A stretch of DNA of 63,558 bases, filler included, from Chiloscyllium plagiosum (GCF_004010195.1; 4 parts of one record of this genome joined end to end with filler, not necessarily neighbours in it); one strand, 5' to 3'. Positions 25,030-37,543 are shown, counted from the first letter of the whole stretch. Numbers and translations are program-made. The notes: generated from the letters alone by a model not told the origin.

Positions 25030-25638
25030 TAGTAAGACAACAAGAGGATTGGAGATCTGAGGCACAGAGAAAGCTGGTTAGGATACAGCAGAGGCCCAAA
25101 GTACAGCAAGAGGAGCAGAGGCCTGAGAGCATGGTAAGAGCAGCAGAACCTCAACAACATTCTGGGAGTAACAGAAGCCCATAAGTGTTCAGAGAACTGT
25201 AGCCACAAGAGCCCAGTGAATGTAGCTCAGGCCCAATGTGGAATTGTATGAAACAGATAGTTACATAATGGGAAAACTGGCTAAGCCAAGGTTGTAATAC
25301 AACACCAGACAAGACTATAACAAAGGTCAAAGCAGGTTTTGGGAAGTCAATATGATAAACCTCGGAAGTAATAACACAAATCACAATTCAATGTACTGAT
25401 CTAATAGATGACTAAACTCCCATGATAGTTATTGATAGCTATTGATAAGTTTTAAGTATAAGGATTCCTGCTCTTCTGTCTGTAAGCGTGAACTTGTGAA
25501 ACAGACTCAGTGCTGTACTCAACTCTCTCTCTTTTCCAAGTTAAGCCAATCTGCATGCAGTTTCCTTATTAATAAAGGCCAATTGTTTTGTCAGACTAAG
25601 TTTTGTTGAAATTTTGTTGAGTTTGTTTAGCTCTCACA
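25030..25638 (+). mobile_element. Putative ERV/LTR-retrotransposon solo LTR (5' boundary uncertain)
   Basis: Short repeated enhancer-like motifs (agcagag.cc), TATAA at 25457, AATAAA at 25571, T-rich U5-like stretch ending ..CTCTCACA. Confidence 0.45.
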
Positions 25639-26977
25639 GTCTCACAATGCTGTAGTTATTTTTAATCTATTTCAACATCATGAGCACAGTGACAGAGACA
25701 GAGACTAAGAGTAAAATGAGATCAATTGAAGCTTGAAGGTGCAGTTGCAGGAATCATGATGAGTGGCTATTCGCATCTTCTTTATGGTCACAGAATATCC
25801 TTGGTGAAAGTAGTGAATGTTAAAGGTGATAAATAGAGTTGTAAACAAAGAAGTTGCTTTGTCCTGAAAGGTGTTGCATTTCATGAGTATTTTTGGAGTT
25901 ACGGTGATCCAAACAAGTAGATCTATCATAATCCTGTCTTGGATCTTGTAGACAGTGGACTGGCATTGGTGAGTTACTACCACAAAATTTCTAGCCTTTG
26001 ACCTGCTCTTACAGCTATAGTACACATATGGCCATTTCAGTTCAGTTTCTTGGTCAATAGATACCCCCGGGATATTAATAATGGGGTTTCAGCATGTCAA
26101 TGTTGATGGAAATCAATGCAATTCTGATGAACCACACCTGCATTAAGTGTCTGCAATACAAGGAATGTGGGCTCACAGTTGCTGAGTTGGGATCTAAGCA
26201 GACATTACAATGCATCAGAGATACTTTGATCAAGACTCATTCACATTTCTTAGGTTAGGTATTAGTTTAGATTTGGTCACAGCCAAAGACAGGAGGATGT
26301 GGCTGTGGATGAGGGAGGTATTAGGATCATGCATGCAATAATGTAGGAATCTCATTTGTCCAACAGGTAGAAAGATCTTGCTACCTAAGTGGATGACAAC
26401 AAACACTGCAGAGTAGATGAGCAACTGAACATGGTCCTATGGTACAGCAAGTTATTCAAGTAAATGGGAGAGTTGACGAGAATACTATAAAATACCACAG
26501 AAAAGCAATTAATTCTTGATTTAACTATGTTCATACCAATAGAAAATTGGTTGATGCAAATCTCTGTTTTGATTTTAACACCTTAACAAACTGTTGACTT
26601 TATTAATTGGTAAAATTCCATTGGCAATGGGTGCCTGTATTTGATATTTACATTTGAATAGAAACAAGAAAAGGTAACTTCCCAACTATACCTCAATGTA
26701 AAGGACAGTCAAAATACTGGTCTCTGTGAAAATTATCAATACTATGTTTGATATAGATGTTTTATCAAATAAATAGTTCATCATAAAAATGTTGAAATTT
26801 CAGTAGATTTGAAACTTTAAAAAAAAACTATTTGGTGCAGTTTGTGAAATCATGCAAAAAGTAGTTAACTTTGAGCAGCAATTAAAATATGATAAAAGCA
26901 TAATGAAAAGAAAAGATCAGGAAACATGCAGCAAAGCTCCAACAATTTACTTTCATGTACCTTTTGGATGCACTCAC

Positions 26978-27068
26978 CCTGTTCTTTGTATATCGTACAC
27001 GGCCAGAGGCAATGCCAAGTCGCTGAAAATAAGCTTCAAAATCACTGCCAGATCCCAGTTTTCTTATC
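26978..27068 (-). CDS. NAALAD2: Glutamate carboxypeptidase II/III (FOLH1/NAALAD2 family) internal exon, equivalent to FOLH1 exon 15
   Basis: AG..GTGAGT bounded, 91 bp. Translates (R)[30 protein letters not shown], matching the GSG[N/S][15 protein letters not shown] motif with the arginine patch. FOLH1 versus NAALAD2 assignment is uncertain. Confidence 0.93.
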
Positions 27069-28599
27069 CTAAATATATTAATAGATGAGAATAATTGTAA
27101 AACCTGTAATTTAAAGAAATCTTACAATACGTGTTGTGCATCTAGTAATTTCAACATGTCAATAGCTTGTTTGACTTGTTCATTTTAAGCCAGTCAGCAA
27201 AATATTTGAATGAGACAAAGAACTTTAGGTTGGATTTTCCGAGAACTGGAAATCTCAGTTTGGTTGCCATTCCGGCCCCTCCTATGGTTTTTTTAAACTA
27301 CAGAAGGGGGCTGTATGTATCTGACTGCTGATTCTGGGTCCAGCAGCAAGGTGGTCGGAGTCTAATTGAGCGGAGCTGGCAGAGAATTGGGTCAGATCTG
27401 CGAAAGGAGGAGAAGACAAGTTGGTTCTGGTCCAGTGAGCTAGGGAATTCCGTCAGGTCTTGACATTTGCATTTGAACAGGAACAGGGGAAGGTAAATTG
27501 CTAACTTCACTCAATTGCAAAAGGCAATCAAAATGGAGGTCTCTGTGAAAATACTATGCTCCGCCTAGATGTTTTGTCACACCAAATTAAATTATTCAAT
27601 ATAAAAACAACTGTTGAAAGTTTCTTTTTGGAAAATACTTTTTGGTACAGTTAGGGAGGTTGGGTCTGGTCTAGTGGACAGTATCAAATTGGCTCCCTAG
27701 GGTGAAAGACGAGAGAGGAGGTGGAGTTCAAATGTGTGTCACATCAGGGTTTGGGATTTGATGTAGGGAGGTGTAGCTGAGTGAGGTAAATAAGGATACT
27801 TACTCAGGAGCATGTATTTGTTAGTCTAACTTGTTCTGAAAGGCTTTTTTTCACTAAATTTCATCAGGAACCTCAGAAACATCTAATTTAAATATGGATT
27901 TTCTGGTGGTTCCAAGCAGGGAGGGATTACCCAGTAGAATTTGGATATTTCCTTCAAGCTGCTTTGATTTTTATTCTACAGGTTCCCCATGCACAATTCC
28001 CATCTATGCTGGAAGCAACAACTGAATGGTCAGCAGAAAATGCAGGCCAGTGCCAATTTTTAAACTGTTAATATGTACAGAACAATTCTACTGATAAGTT
28101 CGTTAATTATACAAGTTAACTTCTGATTAACAGCCTTTCTGTACTTAACAGCAAATGCTATGAAAGTGATAATAGTATTTTAGAGAAATGCAGATTTCAT
28201 CTATTAACAGCTTGATGTATTCTTTGCTTATCCAAAAACAGTAAACCAAGATGTCCGATCAGATATTCCTTTTAATAATACCTTGGAATCTAAATAACTG
28301 AACAGACTTAGAGAGATAAAATTGCAAAATAACTAACATCAAATTCAATGATGGTAAGTTCATTATAGCATCAGAAATATAAATTACATTATAAAATAGT
28401 ATTAAATGTAACAATGGTGTTGAAAGTACATATGAAATGTTAAATACAAAGTTTATTAAAAAGTCAGCTACAAACAAAAGAATAAACTACTTGAAGATGG
28501 AATTAAAATGTAATTTTTGCACACTGAACCGTTTTGGCAAAATAATTAATAGATACCATAACAAAAATATGTATATAAAGTCATTTGTATAGAACTTGA

Positions 28600-29625
28600 A
28601 TATTGCTGAAAAAAGGCACATTTTGTCAAAGCATTTTCTTGCACTCATGAGGACATTTCCCAAGAATAAAAACTTAAGGGGAAAACGAATATTTATATTC
28701 CATGATAGTGCTGATTAGTTGGCAATTGCACTCTGATTGGCAGAGGTCATGCCATGGCAAAAATATCCGTTAATGTTGATTCAAAGTTAACAGCCAGGCT
28801 AAGTTAAATTTTAAAACAGACAGGTTGACAGACAGATTGGTCAGGATATTTCTCAGAAAAATGAATCAGCAAATTACTGTTATCTATTAAATTGAGACAG
28901 GTGCAGGATATGCACATGTTCTTTCAATTTGCAAAGTTGAGGACCCCGTATATTAGCATAAGTAGCTTCCTGTATATTCAAGTGCCCTACAGTGCAAGCC
29001 CAAATGGCAGTTCTAAATTGGTTCTCAGAATAATTCCCGGTCAGGGAACGTATTTTTTCCATGCTGTACATCTCTATGACTCTATAATTCATCACATATT
29101 CAGAAATATTCAGCAAATGCTCAATTGAAAAATCACATCTGTTCAACACTTTCGCAAGTTCAGGTAGACAACCCTTTACCTGAAATCCTAAAATTCAAAA
29201 GGCTCCAAAGTTTGAAGGCTTGTTTGTGAAGTTTGTTTTCTCATTAACAAGGTTGTTTGGCATACAAACAGTTAATCCAAGCCACACCCACTCGATGCGT
29301 GTCACTTAGATGTGATGGGGGGTATGGCCCAGCACAGCCAGGCCTCAATTCTGTCTCAAGGCCTGTTTACTCAGTGAGTCTGCTCCTCCAGTAATATTTC
29401 TTAAAATTTCACCATCAAACTGTCTCTTATTCTGAAATTTGAAAAATTCTGAATTCTGAAAACCAGCTGGTCCCGAGCATTTCGGATAAAGGATTGTGCA
29501 CCTGTACTGGCCAGTACAACTGTTTGGGTGTTTCTTGTCAACAGCTGAAGGGACATACTGTTTGATACAATCTGTCAATCTCTGGGACATGCTCTACATA
29601 CCTGTTATCATATTGGCTCCAAATT
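28600..29625 (-). mobile_element. Degenerate PLE 3' end, interrupted by a CR1 tail and a MITE
   Basis: RYV..SQRLTDCIKQYVP resembles the GIY-YIG consensus YVGRT.QRL.DRIKQH; terminal repeat with decayed hammerhead core near 28630-28655. Confidence 0.55.
29161..29504. mobile_element. Tc1/mariner-pogo (Tigger-like) MITE
   Basis: About 26-bp TIRs caggtagacaaccctttacctgaaat / atttcggataaaggattgtgcacctg, followed by TA. Confidence 0.8.
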
Positions 29626-30670
29626 CATATACCACGTTTCTGTATATATCATTACTATTGCAGAATGCCCTTTTTGGTTTTGTTAATGATTGGCGGTATT
29701 AGCAAGATAGAGTGAGACGATCCAAGTTCTAGGAAGAAGTTGTTGTGATGATAATCATTGGGGATTTTAAATCTACCCACGGCATTGAAAAATCAGATTG
29801 GCAAAGGTAGCCTAGATGAAGCATTCAAATGATGATTCACAGGATAGTATCTCTGCACAGCATACTTGGAAGCAGGGAGCAGGCAATTGTGCAATTAAAC
29901 AAGATTAATTAATTAAGTGCTTCAGTGAAGGTACTCCGAGGTAGCAGTGATCTTAACATGATTAAATTTTACAGTGAGTTTGAGGGAGAGAAGAGTGGTC
30001 TGCGATGAGTATGTAGGATTACTATTAGGGGGCCCCTACACCACTACCACGAATGACTTCTTGCATTATCATTTATCATCTTGACCCCAACCACTTCTAC
30101 CTTGAACTTGAAAAATCCCTTTCTATTGTGCAATTACCATCATTAATTAACAAGACCACTACTCCATGTTTACCTAGTTTCCTAGATCCTAAATGTCCTC
30201 TGTCCTTCAATATTCAAGTCCCACTCCTAATCATTTGGTGGCCACATCTCAGTAATGGCTACAGTACTTATTTATTTATGCTCTCAATTCATCTGGTTTG
30301 TTTATAATGGTATGTCTTGCCAATCATCATCAATCACTTTCCAGGCAGTGAATAATGTGGGGCATTGTGAAACGTTTGGGAGAATCGCAATGAGAACAAA
30401 GTCTCAATTTCCAAACAGGTATTGAACTGCAAGACAGGATTCTCACTAATGAGCAGCAAGAGACTTAGTTCCCTGTTTTAACATATATTAACATTTCATT
30501 ATTGGCTTATCTTCCCCTAATTTATATGCAATTTTCCTTTCTCCCAACTCATAGATAGAAAGTAGATAGTGATAATTCCTGACATGAAAGTCAGAGCGGT
30601 TGCCTAGTAACTTCTGGTCAACGCTTGCTACTCTGACTGTCCATCTTGAACACCAAACACCAACATCTCA

Positions 30671-30861
30671 GAGAAAAAATGAGGACTGCAGATGCTGGAG
30701 AGTCACAGTCGAAAAGTCCGGTGCTGGAAATGCACAGGAAAATCGAGGTTTCAGACATAAGGAAATGGCTTCACCAGGAAGGGCTTAAGCCCAAAACGTT
30801 AATTTTCCTGCTCCTCGGACGCTGCCTGACCAGCTGTGTTTTTCCAGCACCACACTTTTTG
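30671..30861. mobile_element. Fold-back PLE-tail mini element with 14-bp TSD
   Basis: TSD acaccaacatctca at 30657-30670 and 30862-30875; partial inverted arms. Confidence 0.75.
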
Positions 30862-31565
30862 ACACCAACATCTCAAGGCACAAACTTGAGCTTTGCGCAC
30901 ACACATACTCCCATTCAGGAATATTGACCTTGGACACGTAGAAGCCTCAACATCAGTCAGGCAACTGGATATTTATCAGTCGGGGCTGTGCATCCAAATC
31001 ACTCAAGGGGATCTGCCATGGTCATTCCTGAAGGTTTATCCACTAAAAGTCAAAGAGATTATCAGGAGCCATGGCTACAAGAAAGCAGTTAGAGAACTCA
31101 ACTGCAGGGTTTGGAGGCTGGGACAACAAAATGGGACAAATGTGAAGGGGACTGCAACTTAACACTTAAAGAGGCAGTGACAGTACAGCTCGAGAAGGCA
31201 ATGGGTTGACCTGCTATGCTTGGGCTTAGAGGCAAACTACGGAAGTGAGCAATTAAAAAGATCAGTGGGTTGAGAACACGAGGGTAGTTCAAAGCCCTTG
31301 GGGTTCATGAAGAGGGCTACTGTTAAAGGAATGCATACACGTGGGGGATCATCAATGTGCCGATTGTACCAAAATCAGTAGCTGGAACTCACAGAATAGG
31401 AGTTCCCTAATTGGGACTCTTAATCTGGTTCAATCAGGGAGCCCTGCCAGAGATTCTGGCACACTGATAGCTGACTAAAGATGCAGTAGGAAATTCATCG
31501 ACTGTTCATGTGTAAGCAAAGGGTGCCCAAGCTTCACGGGACAAAACTGATTGTGAGAGTTTCAC

Positions 31566-31943
31566 CTGGTGACGGGTTGCCTGGCTTTGTGGAGTTATTC
31601 AGTGGTGACGAGAGTAAAGTACATTCTTGAAGAAACTTAAGTGCAATGGTTGTCTTTGAGTTGGGGTAAGCATTTCTAACATCATGAGGTAAAAACTTTT
31701 ATCTACCCACCTCCATAACCAGCGCTCCTCAAACATTCCAGAAGATTCCCCTGGCTGGTGACGGGTTGCCTGGCTTTGTGGAGTTATTCAGTGGTGACGA
31801 GAGTAAAGTACATTCTTGAAGAAACTTAAGTGCAATGGTTGTCTTTGAGTTGGGGTAAGCATTTCTAACATCATGAGGTAAAAACTTTTATCTACCCACC
31901 TCCATAACCAGCGCTCCTCAAACATTCCAGAAGATTCCCCTGG
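31566..31943. repeat. Exact 189-bp tandem duplication
   Basis: 31566-31754 is identical to 31755-31943. Confidence 0.9.
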
Positions 31944-32175
31944 CCTCGGAAACACCATTAGCCATGCGGCTGATGCAGCTACCACCCCCACGCTGATTGA
32001 TGATGTCACTTCTGCCCCCATCATGGCCACTCCCACAGCCACTTCCGGCCCTCACATCACCGCCGATGCCACACCCTCAGTGACTTCCGCCACCCCTACT
32101 GCCGTGTCTGCCACCACTTCCGACCCCACCAGCGCCACTCACCTGCATTCTGCTGACACGCCCCCCACAGACCCC
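31890..32175 (+). mobile_element. Probable PLE N-terminal low-complexity ORF region running into the gap
   Basis: C-rich, T/A/P-rich coding stretch whose composition resembles the C-rich PLE copies at 48790 and 63280. The family assignment is an inference. Confidence 0.4.
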
Positions 32176-32275
32176 NNNNNNNNNNNNNNNNNNNNNNNNN
32201 NNNNNNNNNNNNNNNNNNNTTAATTAATTAANNNNNNNNNNNNNNNNNNNNNNNNNNNNNNNNNNNNNNNNNNNN
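32176..32275. other. Assembly gap with artificial linker
   Basis: N44-TTAATTAATTAA-N44. Confidence 0.95.
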
Positions 32276-32567
32276 GACACAGCTTAAAAATACAGGGTAG
32301 ACCATTTAGGACAGGGATCAGGAGAAACCTCTTCACCCAGAGAGTGGTGGCTGTGTGGAATGCTCTGCCCCAGAGGGCAGTGGAGGCTCAATCTCTGGAT
32401 TCATTTAAGAAAGTGTTGGATAGAGCTCTCAAAGATAGTGGAATCAAGGGTTATGGAGATAAGGCAGGAACAGGATACTGATTAGGAATGATCAGCCATG
32501 ATTATATTGAATGGTGGTGCAGGCTCGAAGGGCAGAATGGCCTACTCCTGCACCTATTGTCTATTGA
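32276..32567 (+). mobile_element. CR1 3' end
   Basis: FTQRVVAVWNALP motif and (ctattgt) tail; an inverted paralog lies at 36117-36552. Confidence 0.88.
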
Positions 32568-33028
32568 CTTTTAAGATGGTGGGATCCTCATCAGGAAGCC
32601 AAGACAGCCCATTCACTGGCACTTCTGACTGAAGATGGATGCAAATATTCAATTTTGATTTTTACACCAATGTGCTGGGCTTCCATATTGAGAGTGTGGA
32701 TATAGTTCTTGATCCCCCACCTCCTGTTAGTGGTTGAATTGCCCAGCACCATTCAAAATGTGGCAGGACTAGCAGAGCTTAAATCTGAGCCATATTACAC
32801 CACCTTTTCAAGAGCAACATTGGATGGGCAATAAATGCTGACCCATCCAGTGAACTTCGACAAGGTTTTTGAAATGATTTTTAACAAATTAACAGAGTGT
32901 GTTCATCAAATTGTTGAGTGCAGGTATTCTAATTTAAATTATTAGAAATAAAGCACATTTAAGCACCTTGGCAAGTCTGTCTATATATTTATTTATGGAG
33001 AAAAATTAATTTTGTTTTCTTTTATCAG

Positions 33029-33148
33029 GTTGTATATAGATGGTCCATTTGGGAGTGCATCAGAGGAAGTCTTCAACTATGAGGTTAGCCTTTGTGTGGC
33101 CGGTGGTATTGGAGTGACCCCTTTTGCTTCAGTACTAAACACACTATT
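33029..33148 (+). CDS. NOX4: NADPH oxidase 4 exon (start of NADPH-binding domain)
   Basis: tatcAG..GTACGT, 120 bp. LYIDGPFGSASEEVFNYEVSLCVAGGIGVTPFASVLNTLL; the VSLCVAGGIGVTPFAS.LNTLL stretch is NOX4-like. Confidence 0.93.
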
Positions 33149-35791
33149 GTACGTGCATTTTCTTTTTGACAGTTTGTTCATGGTTAATATGTGTTTGTTC
33201 TTGCTGCCAAGGGAGTAAATTGGAATAATAGTGCACTATCACCCAAATTTATTTGAGAGAAAACGTACCTATTCAGCTCAATTCAATTTTGCAGGGGCAA
33301 AATATTCTCTAATTTATTTGAAGGATATATGGTATAATGATTTTCCTCCTTTATTCTCAATTATGGAAGTGTGCAAATACTTATACAAAACCTGGCGATG
33401 CATCAGTTTACAGACGAGTTCTTACAATTGATTTTAAAAATGTCCTTCCAATAGATTTAGGATGTCTGATGTAAAAATAGTTAAACCAGTTAATAGTATT
33501 CGCAATTCCATTGTGCAATAATTAACATTAAAGCAATTGCCTTATCCGTGGCTGGAGCAGGAAGTAGAAATATGCTCGTGAGTATTTTTCTAAGCTTTAA
33601 GCTGAGGTCTGATGCTGGAATGAGGGTAAAATCAATTTATTCCAATCATTTTTAGTGCCTGATTCAGCACTGTTTCATAATGAATCTAAGTGAAAATATT
33701 CCCTTCTAGAAAAACTGCTTTAATGGGTTTCAACCCCAAAAACCTATTTTTAGAACCCCTTTCAAACTAAACTCATCAAAGCAAGTCTTCCTTTTCAAAA
33801 TAGATTCCTCTTTTGCAAGTTTCCATCGACTGGAAGGATGGTAACCAATGGTATAGATTTAAGATAATCCCCAAAAAGACCCAGGAGGCACGTGAATATA
33901 GATTTTTTTTTGTTGAAATGAATTTCTGTCACAGAATGTACTTGAAACAGCAGTGGAATCATATTGAATAGTGCCTTTTGAAAGAGAGCTGGAAAGAGCA
34001 GCAGTCGGGGTTTGGTTGGTTGACGTTGGAACATTAATTGATTTTTAAAATGCGATGTATTAAATTTAAAATTACTTGCTTGAGTGTGCTGTTGGATCAC
34101 TAACCAAGCAACAGTTAAGTAGGTGCTGGTTTGAAGTGCTACTCTTTCATCACTGTTCTCCCATTAAGGAAATAACAAAAGCAGCATCATGATTATTTTG
34201 CACACCATCTAACATCAGGCTGAAGAGGTGTAAAAGTGGGCATCTATAAATGGGTCTTTCGTTCACCCCTTGTACCATGTGACCATTAGACCACAAGGGA
34301 AGAAAAATGTGTAAACTGATTATAAAGCACTGCAAACATCCATCAATAAATTAAAATATACAAGTTGCTTTCACATGAATGAACTGTTTAACATTCTATT
34401 GATGACATTTACATTTAGGATTAAAAATATGTCAATGAAGTAATCTGGGAGACTTTTGGTGAGAGTTAATACCCTAGAATGTTTGTTCCCTGCTAAACTG
34501 CAGATCAAAAAGGTGTAGATATGGGATTTCAGTGTCTTCCTTACTCTAAATAGCTCTCATTTATAGCTCCAAGTAGCTGGTTATGCACACCAGAAGACAT
34601 AACTCCGGATCTGGCTCAACAGTGAAGTAATACTGAGTGAAGGGGCAGTCATCTTTGGCTAGTGTGAGGACATGGCTCCTAATATGCATTCAATCTGAGA
34701 ATGATAGAAGTTGCAAAATATTCCAAAAATGTTTACTGGTCTTTACTGAGTGTTTCTCTTTCATTTGCTCTGGATGTGGCCAGAATTTGATTTTTCAAGT
34801 GTGACTTGCCAAAACCATTTTGGAGGACAGTTAAAAATCAGCCACATTAGTGTGAATCAGTAAGCCAGACATGACAGAAATAGCAGATTTACTTTCCTAA
34901 AGGATATTCGTGAACTATGTGGAATTTTATGACAATGGCTGAGCAGTTATCATTTGGCTAGCTTTTCCTTCCAGATACTTATTGAATTCAGATTTCACCA
35001 TCTGCAAGATGGGATTCACACCCAGTTCCCAGAACATTATTATTAGTTGTAATAATAATAATATATTAAAAGCATAAAATGCTGGAGAAACTGAGCAGGT
35101 CTGTGGTAAGAGAAACCGATAGCACTTTGATTTTCAAATGACTCTTTAGGACTTCTGTTGACATGATCACGACACCACTACCTCCCCATAGCCAATGGCA
35201 CAGTAATGTCACTTTCTAAGGCAAATTGACTAGTCACCCGAGGATCCCTCACAATTTAATTCTCATTTTCAGTCATGCAAAATGGTAGTAGAAGAGTAAG
35301 ATTTTGTTGTCAGTAGTAACAGGGAAGAAAAAAATCCCTTGCTGAGCAAAGTAAACAACAAATTTATTAAAAGGTTGCTGCCCTGAAACCCATAGGGGAG
35401 GTCAGCCTCTGAGCCTGTTGTGTTCAATTTAAGAGGTAGCTTCTTGAGAATAAGAACATGGGATATAAGGACTTTATAGCAGGAGGAAAGCTTGATAATT
35501 GCTAAAGATAATGAAGACACTCTACTTACTAACTTAGATTTGCAGAGATCTTTATTTTAATCAACTTGTTCAAACACATTATGACATGTACGGGGTAGGT
35601 GGAGTATGAACCAGGATTTCCTAGCCCAGAAGAATGGGCAATACCACTGTGTCACAAGAGGCCTCATTGCATAGTAAGGTTTAAAATCTGGTCTGATCTT
35701 AAACGTTATTAAAAGATGAGATGAAGTCAAAGCTTTTCATCTTGCATTCATCAGGACTAGGATGTGAGAAACCAGACTTGGAAAATGAACA

Positions 35792-36002
35792 GAGTTGAAA
35801 CTTTATTGCTGGAACAGCACAGCAGGTCAGGCAGCATCCAGGGAACAGGAGATTTGACGTTTCGGGCACAGGCCCTTCTTCAGGAAGGGCCTGTGCCCGA
35901 AACGTTGAATCTCCTGTTCCCTGGATGCTGCCTGACCTGCTGTGCTGTTCCAGCAATAAAGTTTCAACTTTGATCTCCAGCATCTGCAGACCTCACTTTC
36001 TC
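35792..36002. mobile_element. Fold-back PLE-tail mini element with 15-bp TSD
   Basis: TSD cttggaaaatgaaca at 35777-35791 and 36003-36017; about 88-bp near-perfect inverted arms. Confidence 0.85.
35856..35883 (-). ncRNA. Minimal hammerhead ribozyme motif
   Basis: CUGAAGA-A-GGGC-CUGU-GCCC-GAAA-CGUC. Confidence 0.65.
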
Positions 36003-36116
36003 CTTGGAAAATGAACATTAATGAGAAGAGTGTGCTGGTTAATTGGAACATCATTGGCATGCAGTTGCACCAGGAACAGTCAAGTATCAGTCTTAGTTCT
36101 CAGACCAGGCTGGGAA

Positions 36117-36552
36117 ATAGACAATAGGTGCAGGAATAGGCCATTCTGCCCTTCGAGCCTGCACCACCATTCATTATGATCATGGCTGATCATCCTCAAT
36201 CAGTATCCTGTTCATGCCTTATCTCCATTACCCTTGATTCCACTATCCTTGAGAGCTCTATCCAACTCTTTCTTAAACAAATCCAGAGACTGGGCCTCCA
36301 CTGCCTTCTGGGGCAGAGCATTCCACACACCCACCACTCTCTGGGTGAAGAAGTTTCTCCTCATCTCTGTCCTAAATGGCCTACCCCTTATTTTTAAGCT
36401 GTGTCCTCTGGTTCGGGACTCAACCATCAGCGGAAACATGTTTCTTGCCTCCAGAGTGTCCAATCCTTTAATAATCTTATACGTCTCAATCAAATCCCCT
36501 CTCAGCCTTCTAAACTCAAGGGTATACAAGCCCAGTCGCTCCAATCTTTCAA
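36117..36552 (-). mobile_element. CR1 3' end
   Basis: ERLGLYTLEFRRLRGDLIETYK..RRNFFTQRVVGVWNALP. Confidence 0.92.
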
Positions 36553-36632
36553 TTATGGTTTGTTTAGGGTGTTGCAGCAGAGATTGGAACTATTTGTTTT
36601 CAATGAAAAAGGTAAATGTATATATGAATTCA

Positions 36633-36965
36633 TAGATTTCCTACAGTGTGAAAAGTGGGCATTCAGCCCATCAAGTCTGCTCTGACCCTCTGAAAAATGT
36701 CCCACACTATTCCTGCGACCCAGCATTTACTATGGTGCATGCACCGAGCCTGCCCTTTCCAGGAAACTATGTGACACTTGCGCAAAGTGAATCCACCAAA
36801 CCTGCATATCTTTGGACTCCGTGAGGAAACTGGATCTCCTGGTGGAAACCCATACAGACAGGAGGGGAACATGCAGACTCCAATCAGAAAGTCACCCAAG
36901 GCTAGAATTTAACCTAGGATCGCTGGCAAGGTCAGGCAGCAGTGTTAACAACTGTGTGCCACCCC
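36633..36965 (-). mobile_element. Diverged HE1-type SINE
   Basis: Head, V-domain and tail are recognisable. Confidence 0.75.
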
Positions 36966-37223
36966 ATTCCTTTTGCCAACATAAAACAATGTCTTGTGTA
37001 TTGACATACATTTGCATGTACTAGAAAGTATATCACATTGCTCTTTGACCACATTATGAAAATACCTGCCTTGCCCATTGAAGCTTGAGGCAGGACTTGC
37101 ACCTGAGGTTTCTGGCTCAGAGGCGAGGATGCTACCCATCACACCACAATTCTATATTTTAACACTGTGGACTTCACCGTGGCTGTAACTGATTATTGCT
37201 GACTATTGGAAAATGGGACAGAA

Positions 37224-37543
37224 ATTAGATTAGATTACTTACAGTGTGGAAACAGGCCCTTCGGCCCAACAAGGCCACACCGACCTGCCGAAGCGCAACC
37301 CACCCAGACCCATTCCCCTACATTTACCCCTTCACCTAACACTACGGGCAATTTAACTTGGCCAATTCACCTAACCTGCACATTTTTGGACGGTGGGAGG
37401 AAACCGGAGCACCCGGAGGAAACCCACGCAGACGCTGGGAGAACGTGCAAACTCCACATAGAGAGTCGTCTGAGGTGGGAATTGAACCCGGGTCTCAGGC
37501 GCTGTGAGGCACCAGTGCTAACCACTGTGCCACCGTGCCGCCC
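37224..37543 (-). mobile_element. HE1/V-SINE-type SINE
   Basis: Highly similar to 5765-6093. Confidence 0.9.

Noticed and set aside
35720..35770. PSPDE on the - strand resembling GCP exon 14 (PSPDDGF)
   Set aside because: It is a PLE/hammerhead-type repeat motif (CCTGATGA..GAAAAGCTT); downstream residues and splice sites do not fit.
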